Source: Tubulanus polymorphus
Taxonomy: Eukaryota; Animalia; Nemertea
Direction of reading: 5' to 3'
NCBI RefSeq assembly: GCF_964204645.1
Contig: NC_134025.1
Span: 28,190,299 to 28,254,298 of the forward strand
DNA length: 64,000 bases
Shown: positions 1 to 13,571 of the stretch, one piece after another
Layout of the letters: each line of letters starts with the position of its first letter
Position numbering within the stretch: the stretch's first letter is position 1
The notes under the pieces: model-generated
Told to the model about the DNA's origin: nothing
Databases searched by the model: none
The model's input: only the letters and a program-made list of their open reading frames with translations
Translations under genes and position numbers: made by a program

Positions 1-2588
1 TACAGCTATAGCTACAAATCCTATAATCCACGTCAAACCGATAATTATTGACATACGAAAAAATATATTGATTAAGGTCCGATGGACGGGCTGTTGATTC
101 AAGGATTTCTTAGAACGAATTATACTCCTGATGATCAATACCGACATAACGGTATTACCGATAATAATAAGACCTACTGGTACAACAAAACTGTACAATA
201 GGAAATTGAAATCTTTGATCCAACAGATTCTCGGATTTCCATAAACTACACCACGCAGAGACGTAGTGTCGCTGAAATGCAAGAATATACAAGGTATAAC
301 TACCGAAATCGGAAGTAACCAGATTACTACAAGAAACCGAATGATTGATTTGTTCTGGTTAAACTTGAAAACTGTTGCTAGATTCGACGATAAAACGAAA
401 TACATGTCAATGGCCAACGCCTTCATCGATACAAATACAACCAACCAAATGTAGTGTTTCAAAGCGGCAAAAGCCACGCATAAATACGAATTCGTAATTT
501 CCATAGTCGAAACGAGTAAAATGTGAGACAAAATCAACGAAATCGAAAGATTTAACAAAAGCTTACCAGGGAATGTTCGAAGTTTTGGCAAAATTATATA
601 CATCATGACAGTCAAAGAAAGGCATATGATAGAAAGGCTACTTCCAGTTATAGTAATAATGAAATCAGTTGAAATTCGCGTAAGCTTAGTTGTTTTACAT
701 TTGTATGTTTTGTTGTTAGCGCTCTCAACAACTCGAATGCAATCTCGTAAAGGAGCCACGCACTTTTTCTTGTAGAAGTTTATTGGTCCGTAGTTGGTTC
801 GGTTTAACTTGTAAACTTCGATTTCTCTCGTTTTCTCAGTGTAGATAATATTCTGACGTGATTTGGCTCCAATCATCGGTTTGAATATTTCGAATTGATT
901 GCAGTTAGTTTCATCATCAGTTTGCATAATCAATTCCACATCAACTGCAAATATTTGATCTTCAAACACCCAGGTGGATAACAAATTCGTAATTTCCATT
1001 TCTTGCCGCCATAATGTATTTGAATCGAGGTTAGATGATACCAAATCAAATTCTTTTTCACCCGAAAAGCTGTAATTTCCTCTAAAAAAACTTGATTCTA
1101 TGATTGTCTCTTCATAGTGGTAAATCAACATAGCATTCCAACTGCAATCCTTTCCAAGATACCACAACCATTTATTCAGGTCGTCGATGTCACCTACAAT
1201 AGGCGTTACTTTAGTGCTTTCCAATGTATATTTTATCTTCATTTGAACATTAATAATCATTCTAGTTCGGTCTAAACTACACATTTCACCATTTTTCTTG
1301 TATCCTAACGCGCACCCCTCTTTAACACACATCAGCTTGGTGTAATCAAATATTTCATTATAGTCATCACATTCAGATGTTATTGGGAACAAAAAGACAT
1401 TGTTACCTCGAGTTTTTAAACCACTTGTTAAGCTAAAATCTAAAAGAATATTGAGTCCACCGATTACATACGTTGGCGATTTTTTACGCGGTTCTATACA
1501 AAATAGATTATCTTCTTCAATCTTTTTAGCCTTTTGCAAACAAACAATACAGTGATAATTCTTATAGACAATCATTTTCCCGTCCTCGATGCGCGCAACA
1601 GGTTGGTAAACAATTTTACATGCCCTACAGTCAGGGCTGTTATAATTTGAGAGGTAATAGGGACTACTTGATTTTTGGAGGCCTCGAGGATTTTCAATAT
1701 CGTTTAGAAATTCGTAAGTGTTCATCGAAATGACGTCATTGCTAGGAAACCAATTTCCGAGACATTCAATTTTTTGCATTTCAGGCTTAGCAGTGAATAT
1801 GATTGAACAATCTTGCTGTATTTCCGATAGTTTACTTACATTTGATAAAATTGCGTTCAGTTCGTTTCTCGTAGTTAGATTTTTACATTCGAGTGTGATT
1901 TCGGGTAGAGTTAATTCAGATAATTCAAAACCGTGACATTGCGCGCAAAATATATTACGAAAAGGCAGAACTCCCTTCACGTGTACAGGCATCTCGTCAT
2001 GAATATTTTCTTTCTTTCTTCTTTCGTTCTCACATCTATCTCTTGTACCGTCCTGATCGACAAATGAGTCCGGACATTTGTTTATTATCCAGCTCCCAGA
2101 GTCACCAGAATATGAACTGAGACACGAAGCATATTCGCGATATCTGGCCATCATCGAACGAGCGGCCGATTGTTTGCGGTCGTAAATGCCATTTGTACAA
2201 GCAAGCGATGGAAGGCAACACATTGCCGACAACTCACAATTTACATCGCACTGACACCTATGCAGAGTATTCGGACAGTCTGCTGTTCGAGATCCATCAA
2301 AATCATAAACAGCTTGGACTTTTGTGTAAAATATGGTTTCATTACTGACAGTGATATTATATAAATTCCCGTTATCAAAGAAACCACCGAACGTACCACC
2401 TTCACTGACACCAATTTCTGAAAAAGTATCACGAAAGTATCTCGACCCATTTTCATACAATAATCTCACCTGTGCAAGAAAAAGATAAAATCTTAATTTT
2501 CCTTTTAACTTATGGAAATTAGAGACTTGTCATTATTACCTGATGTGAAGATAGCGAGTATACAAAGAACTGCTATTTGAACCTCCAT
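1..2588 (-). CDS. Methuselah/adhesion-like family-B 7TM GPCR with somatomedin-B-like Cys-rich ectodomain, copy 1 (3' end runs off the window)
   Basis: Near-identical to the 874-aa ORFs at 5117 and 10392. The frame is open in every segment I translated, including the diverged 900-1440 block, which has one in-frame 3-nt insertion near 1390. It is absent from the ORF track because the stop lies outside the window. Exon 1 is 2588-2540 (MEVQIAVLCILAIFTS, signal peptide, G|gtaat donor). Exon 2 starts at 2417 after a TACTTTTTCAG acceptor in matching phase 1. Confidence 0.85.
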
Positions 2589-3095
2589 AGTGAGTTGATA
2601 TTCTGCACTGAGGAGTAAGATGCGAATTCAACAGTTTATATTTCATCAGGCGTTTATTCAATATCGTGACGCTTTTGAAAATCAATTAACCTCTTCATTA
2701 GTCCTGGTCACGATTAATCTATCAGATAAAACATTTGGATTTGACAAATTGATATAATGGCGAAACATGCGTGCTAGCGAGGAGAGGGTATTAGATTACG
2801 AAGTGTTCGGTGTTCCTTCTTAAAGCATCAATTACTAGAATAAACTACATTGACATGCATCTTTATGTGTAAGCAATGGAGCGATTTCAATCGAATATTT
2901 TAGTTAATGGGGTGATTTTCGATTCTGTCTTAACAAATTAGAAAATTTAGTGGCAATAAATTCAAAGTATTACCATACAACGGGCGTAGGTAAACTTAAT
3001 AAAGGTAAGCTTAATAAACCAAGGTACTTTGCGGGGTATAGGTTTAGTCCAGCCATTATCCTTGGATCAGGTCTGAACCAAACGTACGAGCAATA

Positions 3096-4062
3096 ATGAT
3101 AAATAAATTCTGATTTCACGTTATACGGAGCTGGTTATTTTATTAAACTGAATCAATTTTTGTTTGACAGTATTCCTTGATTCAATGAGGTTTTTTCAAA
3201 AAAAGACATTTTATCTTTGAGGCTTTGTGGTATCATTATCTTTCATTCAATATCAGGGATTATTAGATCCTCGGATTTCAACTCCATACACCGGCACACG
3301 AATACTAATCGCCATCTATATGATATGTACGTAACTAGTTTTATATATTTGTGACGCGTAGTATGATGAAAATCCCACTCTTAGAATGAATACATAGAGT
3401 CCGGAAAGTTTTCTTCAGCTAGTGTCTTTTTCGATGTTTCGACCGTTTCCTAATATAGTCATCCTCAGGAATACTTAAGCCAAGAAAATGACTAGATAAC
3501 ACAGTCCAGAACATAGAGAATGATAAGTAATAAGATGTGACACAAACTAGGGATACATATATTAGCGCCACAATACGGAATTCATCAATCGATACCTCGG
3601 ACACGTACTTCCGGCGTTTATGATCGAGGACATTATGATCGATTTTTTTCCGATTGGATTTCTAAAAAAATTGTAGATTCCAGCTTACACCAACGCAGCC
3701 AATTTCGTATTTTTGATTATCACTTGCATTCAGGCCTATTCTCATTATTATCATTATTCTATATCTAGAAGTATTTGAGTTTATTTTCGTCTTTGATTTT
3801 CAGTTTAAAAACCCAGAAATTGCATGAAGAAAATGGAATAAATGAAATAATCTTTATAAACGATTGATAAAATTTGTTGTAGCTTTTGTGATTACAAAAT
3901 AATTGATATATACGATTTAAGATATATTCCCATCAATAATGGTAAGATATATTCCCATAATAAAATTAATGGTCTTTATCTCGCAGATTCGACGTTGCGT
4001 CCTCATGCTTGTCATGTGTGATTTTGTAATCTGTATACAATTCACCATTAATTCATCGAATG
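3096..4062 (+). pseudogene. Truncated dead copy of exons 1-2 of the orphan secreted-precursor gene (repeat unit 1)
   Basis: The ATG at 3096 aligns with 13572 but the GT donor is lost (ATGATAAATAAA vs ATGATGgtaagc). The exon-2 remnant 3987-4062 follows a ctcgcag acceptor and reads IRRCVLMLVMCDFVIC-[4-nt insertion]-NSPLIHRM, versus FRLCVLLLVLRDLGFVRCNLPLIHRM in the intact gene. Confidence 0.65.
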
Positions 4063-5116
4063 ATATTTTATCAATTTATTGATTCTGAGATATTTTAGTT
4101 TTTAGAATGAATGAAATGAATTCAGTCGTACACAAACCCTCTCGTTGACGGAGCGGCGGAACCTTATTTCAATTTTCTGATAAAACGAACCAACAGTCAA
4201 ATGATCAATTTAGTCAAATGAGATAAAATGAATCTCAAACTAGTTCTGATAAACTTTGATAGTTCTAATATTGCCGTTTATTGGCGTAAAAAATGTCAGA
4301 TTTGAATTTTGTTGCGAATACTTCAGGCTACATCGTAGCTTCAAATAGGCTTACCCCGGTATGTGACAAACTGCCGCTAAATAAATCTAGTTCTAGGATT
4401 TTCAAAGTTTTTCTAAATTTGTCTACATGATATCTACATATTAGTTTCCTCGTCCGAATCTTGCTTTTCTTTTATCGTGAAATGATGTTAACGTTTACCG
4501 GTCAGTAATCATAGAGGCGAGTGACTTTATATTGGAAATACTTTGTATTTTCTAACTGTCTGTGAAAAACATAGATGGCTGGAATGTTGATCGTTCAATA
4601 GCTGCTGGTTGATAGAGGATTGCTAAAGATTTCCATATGACAGACTTTCCGTAAAAAACAACATAGAGCCAAAGGTCTGATGAATTAACATCTTTTATTT
4701 GTACATTACGACATTATTACCACACAGCTGGTTTAGAATCGTTATATATTCTAAATCAAAATAACCATTAAAGCATATACGTCATAGGCCTCTATATATT
4801 AAATGTAGAATGAAACTATCTTTTAAGAAAGGAGGGGTCCGAAAGAAGAGGATGAATAAATACATCAAAATATTTAATTTCAAAGAAACCAAATGATATG
4901 ATATTTAAACCATTGAATAATAAGTGAATGAATTCTTTACGAATGTAACAACATCATTCAAGAAAACGGTGATAATGCATTGAACACCTACAATATACAT
5001 GTGTTTATATTTCTAACAACTTTTCGATGAATATCCAAGAGGCTTTTTCTTTCAAGAATGAATTACACAAGGACGTACTGCGCTGGATGTCGCTTGAAAA
5101 ATAAACCATCGATTAG

Positions 5117-7860
5117 TTAATTTGTGTTAATTGTCATTCGTGGAGTAGTTACGCGTGTTTTGAAATAATTCTTCAGTGGATTCATCACATGTTTATTACA
5201 AAGTAATGTAACAGCTATGAATATACCTTGACACGAATTTAAACCATCAAATATGTACCATACTATTTCCTGTTCTACAGCTATAGCTACAAATCCTATA
5301 ATCCACGTCAAACCGATAATTATTGACATACGAAAAAATATACTGATTAAGGTCCGATGGGCGGGCTGTTGATTCAAGGATTTCTTAGAACGAATTATAC
5401 TCCTGATGATCAATACCGACATAACGGTATTACCGATAATAATAAGACCTACTGGTACAACAAAACTGTACAATATGAAATTAAAATCTTTGATCCAACA
5501 GATTCTCGGATTTCCATAAACTACACCACGCAGAGACGTAGTGTCGCTGAAATGCAAGAATATACAAGGTATAACTACCGAAATCGGAAGTAACCAGATT
5601 ACTACAAGAAACCGAATGATTGATTTGTTCTGGTTAAACTCGAAAACTGTTGCTAGATTCGACGATAAAACGAAATACATGTCAATGGCCAACGCCTTCA
5701 TCGATACAAATACAACCAACCAAATGTAGTGTTTCAAAGCGGCAAAAGCCACGCATAAATACGAATTCGTAATTTCCATAGTCGAAACGAGTAAAATGTG
5801 AGACAAAAGTAACGAAATCGATAGATTTAACAAAAGCTTACCAGGGAATGTTCGAAGTTTTGGCAAAATTACATACATCATGACGGTCAAAGAAAGGCAT
5901 ATGATAGAAAGGCTACTTCCATTTATAGTAATAATGAAATCAGTTGAAATTCGCGTAAGCTTAGTTGTTTTACATTTGTATGTTTTGTTGTTAGCGCTCT
6001 CAACAACTCGAATGCAATCTCGTAAAGGAGCCGTGCACTTCTTCTTGTAGACGTTCATTGGTCCGTAGTTGGTTCGGTTTAACTTGTAAACTTCGATTTC
6101 TCTCGTTTTCTCGGTGTAGATAATATTCTGATGTGATTTGGCTCCAATCATCGGTTTGAATATTTCGAATTGATTGCAGTTAGTTTCATCATCAGGTTGC
6201 ATAATCAATTCCACATCAACTGCAAATATATGATCTTCAAACACCCAGGTGGATAACAAATTCGTAATTTCCAAATCTTGCCGCCATATTGTATTTGAAT
6301 CGAGGTTAGATGATACCAAATCAAATTCTTGTTCGCCTAATAAGCTGTAATTTCGTTTATAAAATCCTGATTCCATGATTGTCTCTTCATAGTGGTAAAT
6401 CAACATAGCATTCCAACTGCAATTCTTTCCAACATACCGCAACCATTTATTCAGGTCGTCGATGTCACCTACAATAGGCGCTTCTTTAGTGCTTTCCCAT
6501 GTATATTTTATCTTCAATCGAACATTGATATTAAGTCTAGTTCGGTCTAAACTACACATTTCACCATTTTTCTTGTATCCTAACGCGCACCCCTCTTTAA
6601 CACACATCAGCTTGGTATAATCAAACATTTCATTATTGTCGTCACATTCAGATGTTATTGGGAGAAATACATTGTTACCTCGAGTTTTTAAACCACTTGT
6701 AAAGCTAAAATCTAAAAGAATATTGAGTCCACCGATTATTGATATTGGCGATTTTTTACGCGGTTCTATACAAAATAGATTATCTTCTTCAATCTTTTTA
6801 GCCTTTTGCAAACAAACAATACAGTGATAATTCTTATAGACAATCATTTTCCCGTCCTCGATGCGCGCAACAGGTTGGTAAACAATTTTACATGCCCTAC
6901 AGTCAGGGCTGTTATAATTTGAAAGGTAATAGGGACTACTTGAGTTTTGGAGGCCTCGAGGATTTTCAATATCGTTTAGAAATTCGTAAGTGTTCATCGA
7001 AATGACGTCAATGCTAGGAAACCAATTTCCGAGACATTCAATTTTTTGCATTTCAGGCTTAGCAGTGAATATGATTGAACAATCTTGCTGTATTTCCGAT
7101 AGTTTACTTACATTTGATAAAATTGCGTTCAGTTCGTTTCTCGTAGTCAGATTTTTACATTCGAGTGTGATTTCGGGTAGAGTTAATTCAGATAATTCAA
7201 AACCGTGACATTGCGCGCAAAATATATTACGAAAAGGCAGAGCTCCCTTCACGTGTACAGGCATCTCGTCATGAATATTTTCTTTACTTTTTCTTTCGTT
7301 CTCACATCTATCTCTTGTACCGTCCTGATCGACGAATGAGTCCGGACATTTGTTTATTATCCAGCTCCCAGAGTCACCAGAATATGAACTGAGACACGAA
7401 GCATATTCGCGATATCTGGCCATCATCGAACGAGCGGCCGATTGTTTGCGGTCGTAAATGCCATTTGTACAAGCAAGCGATGGAAGGCAACACATTGCCG
7501 ACAACTCACAATTTACATCGCACTGACACCCATGCAGAGTATTCGGACAGTCTGCTGTTCGAGATCCATCAAAATCATAAACAGCTTGGACTTTTGTGTA
7601 AAATATGGTTTCATTACTGACAGTGATATTATATAAATTCCCGTTATCAAAGAAACCACCGAACGTACCACCTTCACTGACACCAATTTCTGAAAAAGTA
7701 TCACGAAAGTATCTCGACCCATTTTCATACAATAATCTCACCTGTGCAAGAAAAAGATAAAATCTTAATTTTCCTTTTAACTTATGGAAATTAGAGACTT
7801 GTCATTATTACCTGATGTGAAGATAGCGAGTATACAAAGAGCTGCTATTTGAACCTCCAT
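5117..7860 (-). CDS. Methuselah/adhesion-like family-B 7TM GPCR with somatomedin-B-like Cys-rich ectodomain, copy 2 (~873 aa)
   Basis: Exons 7860-7812 (MEVQIAALCILAIFTS) and 7689-5117. Contains an SMB-like CQCDVNCELSAMCC motif, FRNIFCAQCHG and YKNYHCIVC motifs, and a family-B-type 7TM (LRTFPGKLLLNL, HYIWL, YGNPRICWI, GLTWIIGF, NSCQGIFI). No GPS/GAIN CxCxHLT motif is visible. Confidence 0.9.
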
Positions 7861-8366
7861 AGTGAGTTGATATTCTGCACTGAGGAGTAAGATGCGAATT
7901 CAACAGTTTATATTTCATCAGGCGTTTATTCAATATCGTGACGCTTTTGAAAATCAATTAACCTCTTCATTAGTCCTGGTCACGATTAATCTATCAGATA
8001 AAACATTTGGATTTGACAAATTGATATAATGGCGAAACATGCGTGCTAGGGAGGAGAGGTATTAGATTACGAAGTGTTTGGTGTTCCTTCTTAAAGCATC
8101 AATTACTAGAATAAACTTCATTGACATGCATCTTTATGTGTAAGCAATGGAGCGATTTCAATCGAATATTTTAGTTAATGGGGTGATTTTCGATTCTGTC
8201 TTAACAAATTAGAAAATTTAGTGGCAATAAATTCAAAGTATTACCATACAACGGGCGTAGGTAAACTTAATAAAGGTAAGCTTAATGAAACAAGGTACTT
8301 TGCGGGGTATAGGTTTAGTCCGGCCATTATCCTTGGATCAGGTCTGAACCAAACGTACGAGCGATA

Positions 8367-9331
8367 ATGATAAATAAATTCTGATTTCACGTTATACGGA
8401 GCTGGTTATTTTATTAAACTGAATCAATTTTTGTTTGACAGTATTCCGTGATTCAATGAGGTTTTTTCAAAAAAAGACATTTTATCTTTGAGGCTTTGTG
8501 GTATCATTATCTTTCATTCAATATCAGGGATTATTAGATCCTCGGATTTCAACTCCATACATCGGCACACGAATACTAATCGCCATCTATATGATATGTA
8601 CGTAACTAGTTTTATGTATGTGATGCGTAGTATGATGAAAATCCCACTCTTAGAATGAATACATAGAGTCCGGAAAGTTTTCTTCAGCTAGTGTCTTTTT
8701 CGATGTTTCGACCGTTTCCTAATATAGTCATCCTCAGGAATACTTAAGCCAAGAAAATGACTAGATAACACAGTCCAGAACATAGAGAATGATAAGTAAT
8801 AAGATGTGACACAAACTAGGGATACATATATTAGCGCCACAATACGGAATTCATCAATCGATACCTCGGACACGTACTTCCGGCGTTTATGATCGAGGAC
8901 ATTATGATCGATTTTTTTCCAATTGGATTTCTAAAAAAATTGTAGATTCCAGCTTACACCAACGCAGCCAATTTCGTATTTTTGATTATCACTTGCATTC
9001 AGGCCTATTCTCATTATTATCATTATTCTATATCTAGAAGTATTTGAGTTTATTTTCGTCTTTGATTTTCAGTTTAAAAACCCAGAAATTGCATGAAGAA
9101 AATGGAATAAATGAAATAATCTTTATAAACGATTGATAAAATTTGTTGTAGCTTCTGTGATTACAAAATAATTGATATATACGATTTAAGATATATTCCC
9201 ATCAATAATGGTAAGATATATTCCCATAATAAAATTAATGGTCTTTATCTCGCAGATTCGACGTTGCGTCCTCATGCTTGTCATGTGTGATTTTGTAATC
9301 TGTATACAATTCACCATTAATTCATCGAATG
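8367..9331 (+). pseudogene. Truncated dead copy of exons 1-2 of the orphan secreted-precursor gene (repeat unit 2)
   Basis: Same lesions as 3096-4062; the exon-2 remnant is at 9256-9331. Confidence 0.65.
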
Positions 9332-10391
9332 ATATTTTATCAATTTATTGATTCTGAGATATTTTAGTTTTTAGAATGAATGAAATGAATTCAGTCGTAC
9401 ACAAACCCTCTCGTTGACGGAGCGGCGGAACCTTATTTCAATTTTCTGATAAAACGAACCAACAGTCAAATGATCAATATAGTCAAATGAGATAAAATGA
9501 ATCTCAAACTAGTTCTGATAAACTTTGATAGTTCTAATATTGCCGTTTATTGCCGTAAAAAATGTCAGATTTGAATTTTGTTGCGAATACTTCAGGCTAC
9601 ATCGTAGCTTCAAATAGGCTTACCCCGGTATGTGACAAACTGCCGCTAAATAAATCTAGTTCTAGGATTTTCAAAGTTTTTCTAAATTTGTCTACATGAT
9701 ATCTACATATTAGTTTCCTCGTCCGAATCTTGCTTTTCTTTTATCGTGAAATGATGTTAACGTTTACCGGTCAGTAATAATAGAGGCGAGTGACTTTATA
9801 ATGGAAATAATTCGTATTTTCTAACTTTCTGTGAAAAACGTGAATGGCGATGGCTGGAATGTTGATCGTTCAATAGCTGCTGGTTGATAGAGGATTGCTA
9901 AAGATTTCCATATGACGAACTTTCCGTAAATAACAACATAGAGCCAAAGATTTGATGAATTAACATCTTTTATTTGTACATTACGACATTATTACCACAC
10001 AGCTGGTTTAGAATCGTTATATATTCTAAATCAAAATAACCATTAAAGCATATACGTCATAGGCCTCTATATATAAAATGTAGAATGAAACTATCTTTTA
10101 AGAAAGGAGGGGTCCGAAAGAAGAGGATGAATAAATACATCAAAATATTTAATTTCAAAGGAACCAAATGATATGATATTTAAACCATTGAATAATAAGT
10201 GAATGAATTCTTTACGAACGTAACAACATCATTCAAGAAAACGGTGATAATGCATTGAACACCTACAATATACATGTGTTTATATTTCTAACAACTTTTC
10301 GATGAATATCCAAGAGGCTTTTTCTTTCAAGAATGAATTACACAAGGACGTACTGCGCTGGATGTCGCTTGAAAAATAAACCATCGATTAG

Positions 10392-13132
10392 TTAATTTGT
10401 GTTAATTGTCATTCGTGGAGTAGTTACGCGTGTTTTGAAATAATTCTTCAGTGGATTCATTACATGTTTATTACAAAGTAATGTAACGGCTATGAATATA
10501 CCTTGACACGAATTTAAACCATCAAATATGTACCATACTATTTCCTGTTCTACAGCTATAGCTACAAATCCTATAATCCACGTCAAACCGATGATTATTG
10601 ACATACGAAAAAATATACTGATTAAGGTCCGATGGGCGGGCTGTTGATTCAAGGATTTCTTAGAACGAATTATACTCCTGATGATCAATACCGACATAAC
10701 GGTATTACCGATAATAATAAGACCTACTGGTACAACAAAACTGTACAATAGGAAATTGAAATCTTTGATCCAACAGATTCTCGGATTTCCATAAACTACA
10801 CCACGCAGAGACGTAGTGTCGCTGAAATGCAAGAATATACAAGGTATAACTACCGACATCGGAAGCAACCAGATTACTACAAGAAACCGAATGATTGATT
10901 TGTTCTGGTTAAACTTGAAAACTGTTGCTAGATTCGACGATAAAACGAAATACATGTCAATGGCCAACGCCTTCATCGATACAAATACAACCAACCAAAT
11001 GTAGTGTTTCAAAGCGGCAAAAGCCACGCATAAATACGAATTCGTAATTTCCATAGTCGAAACGAGTAAAATGTGAGACAAAAGTAACGAAATCGATAGA
11101 TTTAACAAAAGCTTACCAGGGAATGTTCGAAGTTTTGGCAAAATTACATACATCATGACAGTCAAAGAAAGGCATATGATAGAAAGGCTACTTCCAGTTA
11201 CAGTAATAATGAAATCAGTTGAAATTCGCGTAAGCTTAGTTGTTTTACATTTGTATGTTTTGTTGTTAGCGCTCTCAACAACTCGAATGCAATCTCGTAA
11301 AGGAGCCACGCACTTCTTCTTGTAGACGTTCATTGGTCCGTAGTTGGTTCGGTTTAACTTGTAAACTTCGATTTCTCTCGTTTTCTCGGTGTAGATAATA
11401 TTCTGACGTGATTTGGCTCCAATCATCGGTTTGAATATTTCGAATTGATTGCAGTTAGTTTCATCATCAGGTTGCATAATCAATTCCACATCAACTGCAA
11501 ATATATGATCTTCAAACACCCAGGTGGATAACAAATTCGTAATTTCCAATTCTTGCCGCCATAATGTATTTGAATCGAGGTTAGATGATACCAAATCAAA
11601 TTCTTGTTCGCCTAATAAGCTGTAATTTCGTTTATAAAATCCTGATTCCATGATTGTCTCTTCATAGTGGTAAATCAACATAGCATTCCAACTGCAATTC
11701 TTTCCAACATACCGCAACCATTTATTCAGGTCGTCGATGTCACCTACAATAGGCGCTTCTTTAGTGCTTTCCCATGTATATTTTATCTTCAATCGAACAT
11801 TGATATTAAGTCTAGTTCGGTCTAAACTACACATTTCACCATTTTTCTTGTATCCTAACGCGCACCCCTCTTTAACACACATCAGCTTGGTATAATCAAA
11901 CATTTCATTATTGTCGTCACATTCAGATGTTATTGGGAGAAATACATTGTTACCTCGAGTTTTTAAACCACTTGTAAAGCTAAAATCTAAAAGAATATTG
12001 AGTCCACCGATTATTAATATTGGCGATTTTTTACGCGGTTCTATACAAAATAGATTATCTTCTTCAATCTTTTTAGCCTTTTGCAAACAAACAATACAGT
12101 GATAATTCTTATAGACAATCATTTTCCCGTCCTCGATGCGCGCAACAGGTTGGTAAACAATTTTACATGCCCTACAGTCAGGGCTGTTATAATTTGAGAG
12201 GTAATAGGGACTACTTGAGTTTTGGAGGCCGCTAGGATTTTCAACATCGTTTAGATATTCGTAAGTGTTCATCGAAATGACGTCATTGCTAGGAAACCAA
12301 TTTCCGAGACATTCAATTTTTTCCATTTCAGGCTTAGCAGTGAATGTGATTGAACAATCTTGCTGTATTTCCGATAGTTTACTTACATTTGATAAAATTG
12401 CGTTCAGTTCGTTTCTCGTAGTCAGATTTTTACATTCGAGTCTGATTTCGGGTAGAGTTAATTCAGATGTTTCAAAACCGTGACATTGCGCGCAAAATAT
12501 ATTACGAAAAGGTAAAAGAGCTCCTTTCACGTGTACAGGCATCTCGTCATGAATATTTTCTTTCTTTCTTCTTTCGTTCTCACATCTATCCCTTGTACCG
12601 TCCTGATCGACGAATGAGTCCGGACATTTGTTTATTATCCAGCTCCCAGAGTCACCAGAATATGAACTGAGACACGAAGCATATTCGCGATATCTGGCCA
12701 TCATGGAACGAGCGGCCGATTGTTTGCGGTCGTAAATGCCATATGTACAAAGCGATGGAAGGCAACACATTGCCGACAACTCACAATTTACATCGCACTG
12801 ACACCTATGCAGAATATTCGGACAGTCTGTTGTTCGAGATCCATCCAAATCAACAAAAGCTTTGACTTTTCTGTAAAATATGGTTTCATTACTGACAGTG
12901 ATATTATATAAATCTGCGTCACGTAACACACCACCGAACGTACCACCTTCACTGAAACCAATTTCTGAAAAAGTATCACTAAAGTATCTTGATCTTTTTT
13001 CATACAATAATCTCAACTGTGCAAGAAAAAGATAAAATCTTAATTTTACTTTTTACTTATGGAAATTAGAGACTTGTCCTTACCTGATGTGAAGATAGCG
13101 AGGATACAAAGAACTGCTATTCGAACCTCCAT
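10392..13132 (-). CDS. Methuselah/adhesion-like family-B 7TM GPCR with somatomedin-B-like Cys-rich ectodomain, copy 3 (~873 aa)
   Basis: Exons 13132-13084 (MEVRIAVLCILAIFTS, G|gtaagg) and 12964-10392 (TTTTTCAG acceptor, phase 1). Same motifs as copy 2. Confidence 0.9.
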
Positions 13133-13571
13133 AGTGAGTTGCTATTCTGCACTGAGGATTAAGATGCGAATTCAACACTTTATATTTCATCAGGCGTTTA
13201 TTCGATATCGTGACGCTTTTGAAAATCAATTAACCTCTTCATTAATCCTGGTCACGATTAATCTATCAGATAAAACATTTGGATTTGACAAACTGATATA
13301 ATTGCGACACATGCGTGCTAGGGAGAAGAGGTATTAGATTACGAAGTATTTGGCTTCACTTCTAATGAAAATCAACCACTAGAATAAATCATATTGACCT
13401 TTAAAGTGTTTATTTCTGAGAAATTGTCCTATTTCGTCGAAAATTTAGTTAATGGGACAAATTAGTCGTGTCATAATTCAAAATGTTACCGGCGTAGGTG
13501 TAACCTTTCAATAAAGGAGTTTGTTGTTAGTAGGCCTGGTTCTAAGTCACCAGATCATCGGATACGGCATC

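Larger units (their letters stand above)
1..13390. repeat. Tandem segmental duplication, period ~5272-5275 bp, about 2.5 units visible
   Basis: Position 1 matches 5276 and 10551, and the same small ORFs recur at 266/5541/10816 and 1718/6990/12265. Near-identity fades at ~13390, and weaker similarity continues to ~14340. Confidence 0.97.

Noticed and set aside
7690-7741. ORF-track starts of the GPCRs (GTG/TTG at 7741 and 13016), the UGT (50591) and the EP receptor (20804)
   Set aside because: These non-ATG starts lie in introns or UTRs; splice signals and signal peptides indicate other starts.
266-13301. Small recurring ORFs overlapping the GPCRs (e.g. 266, 1718, 2170, 2241, 5357, 6636, 13059)
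   Set aside because: Antisense or off-frame shadows; they recur only because of the tandem duplication.
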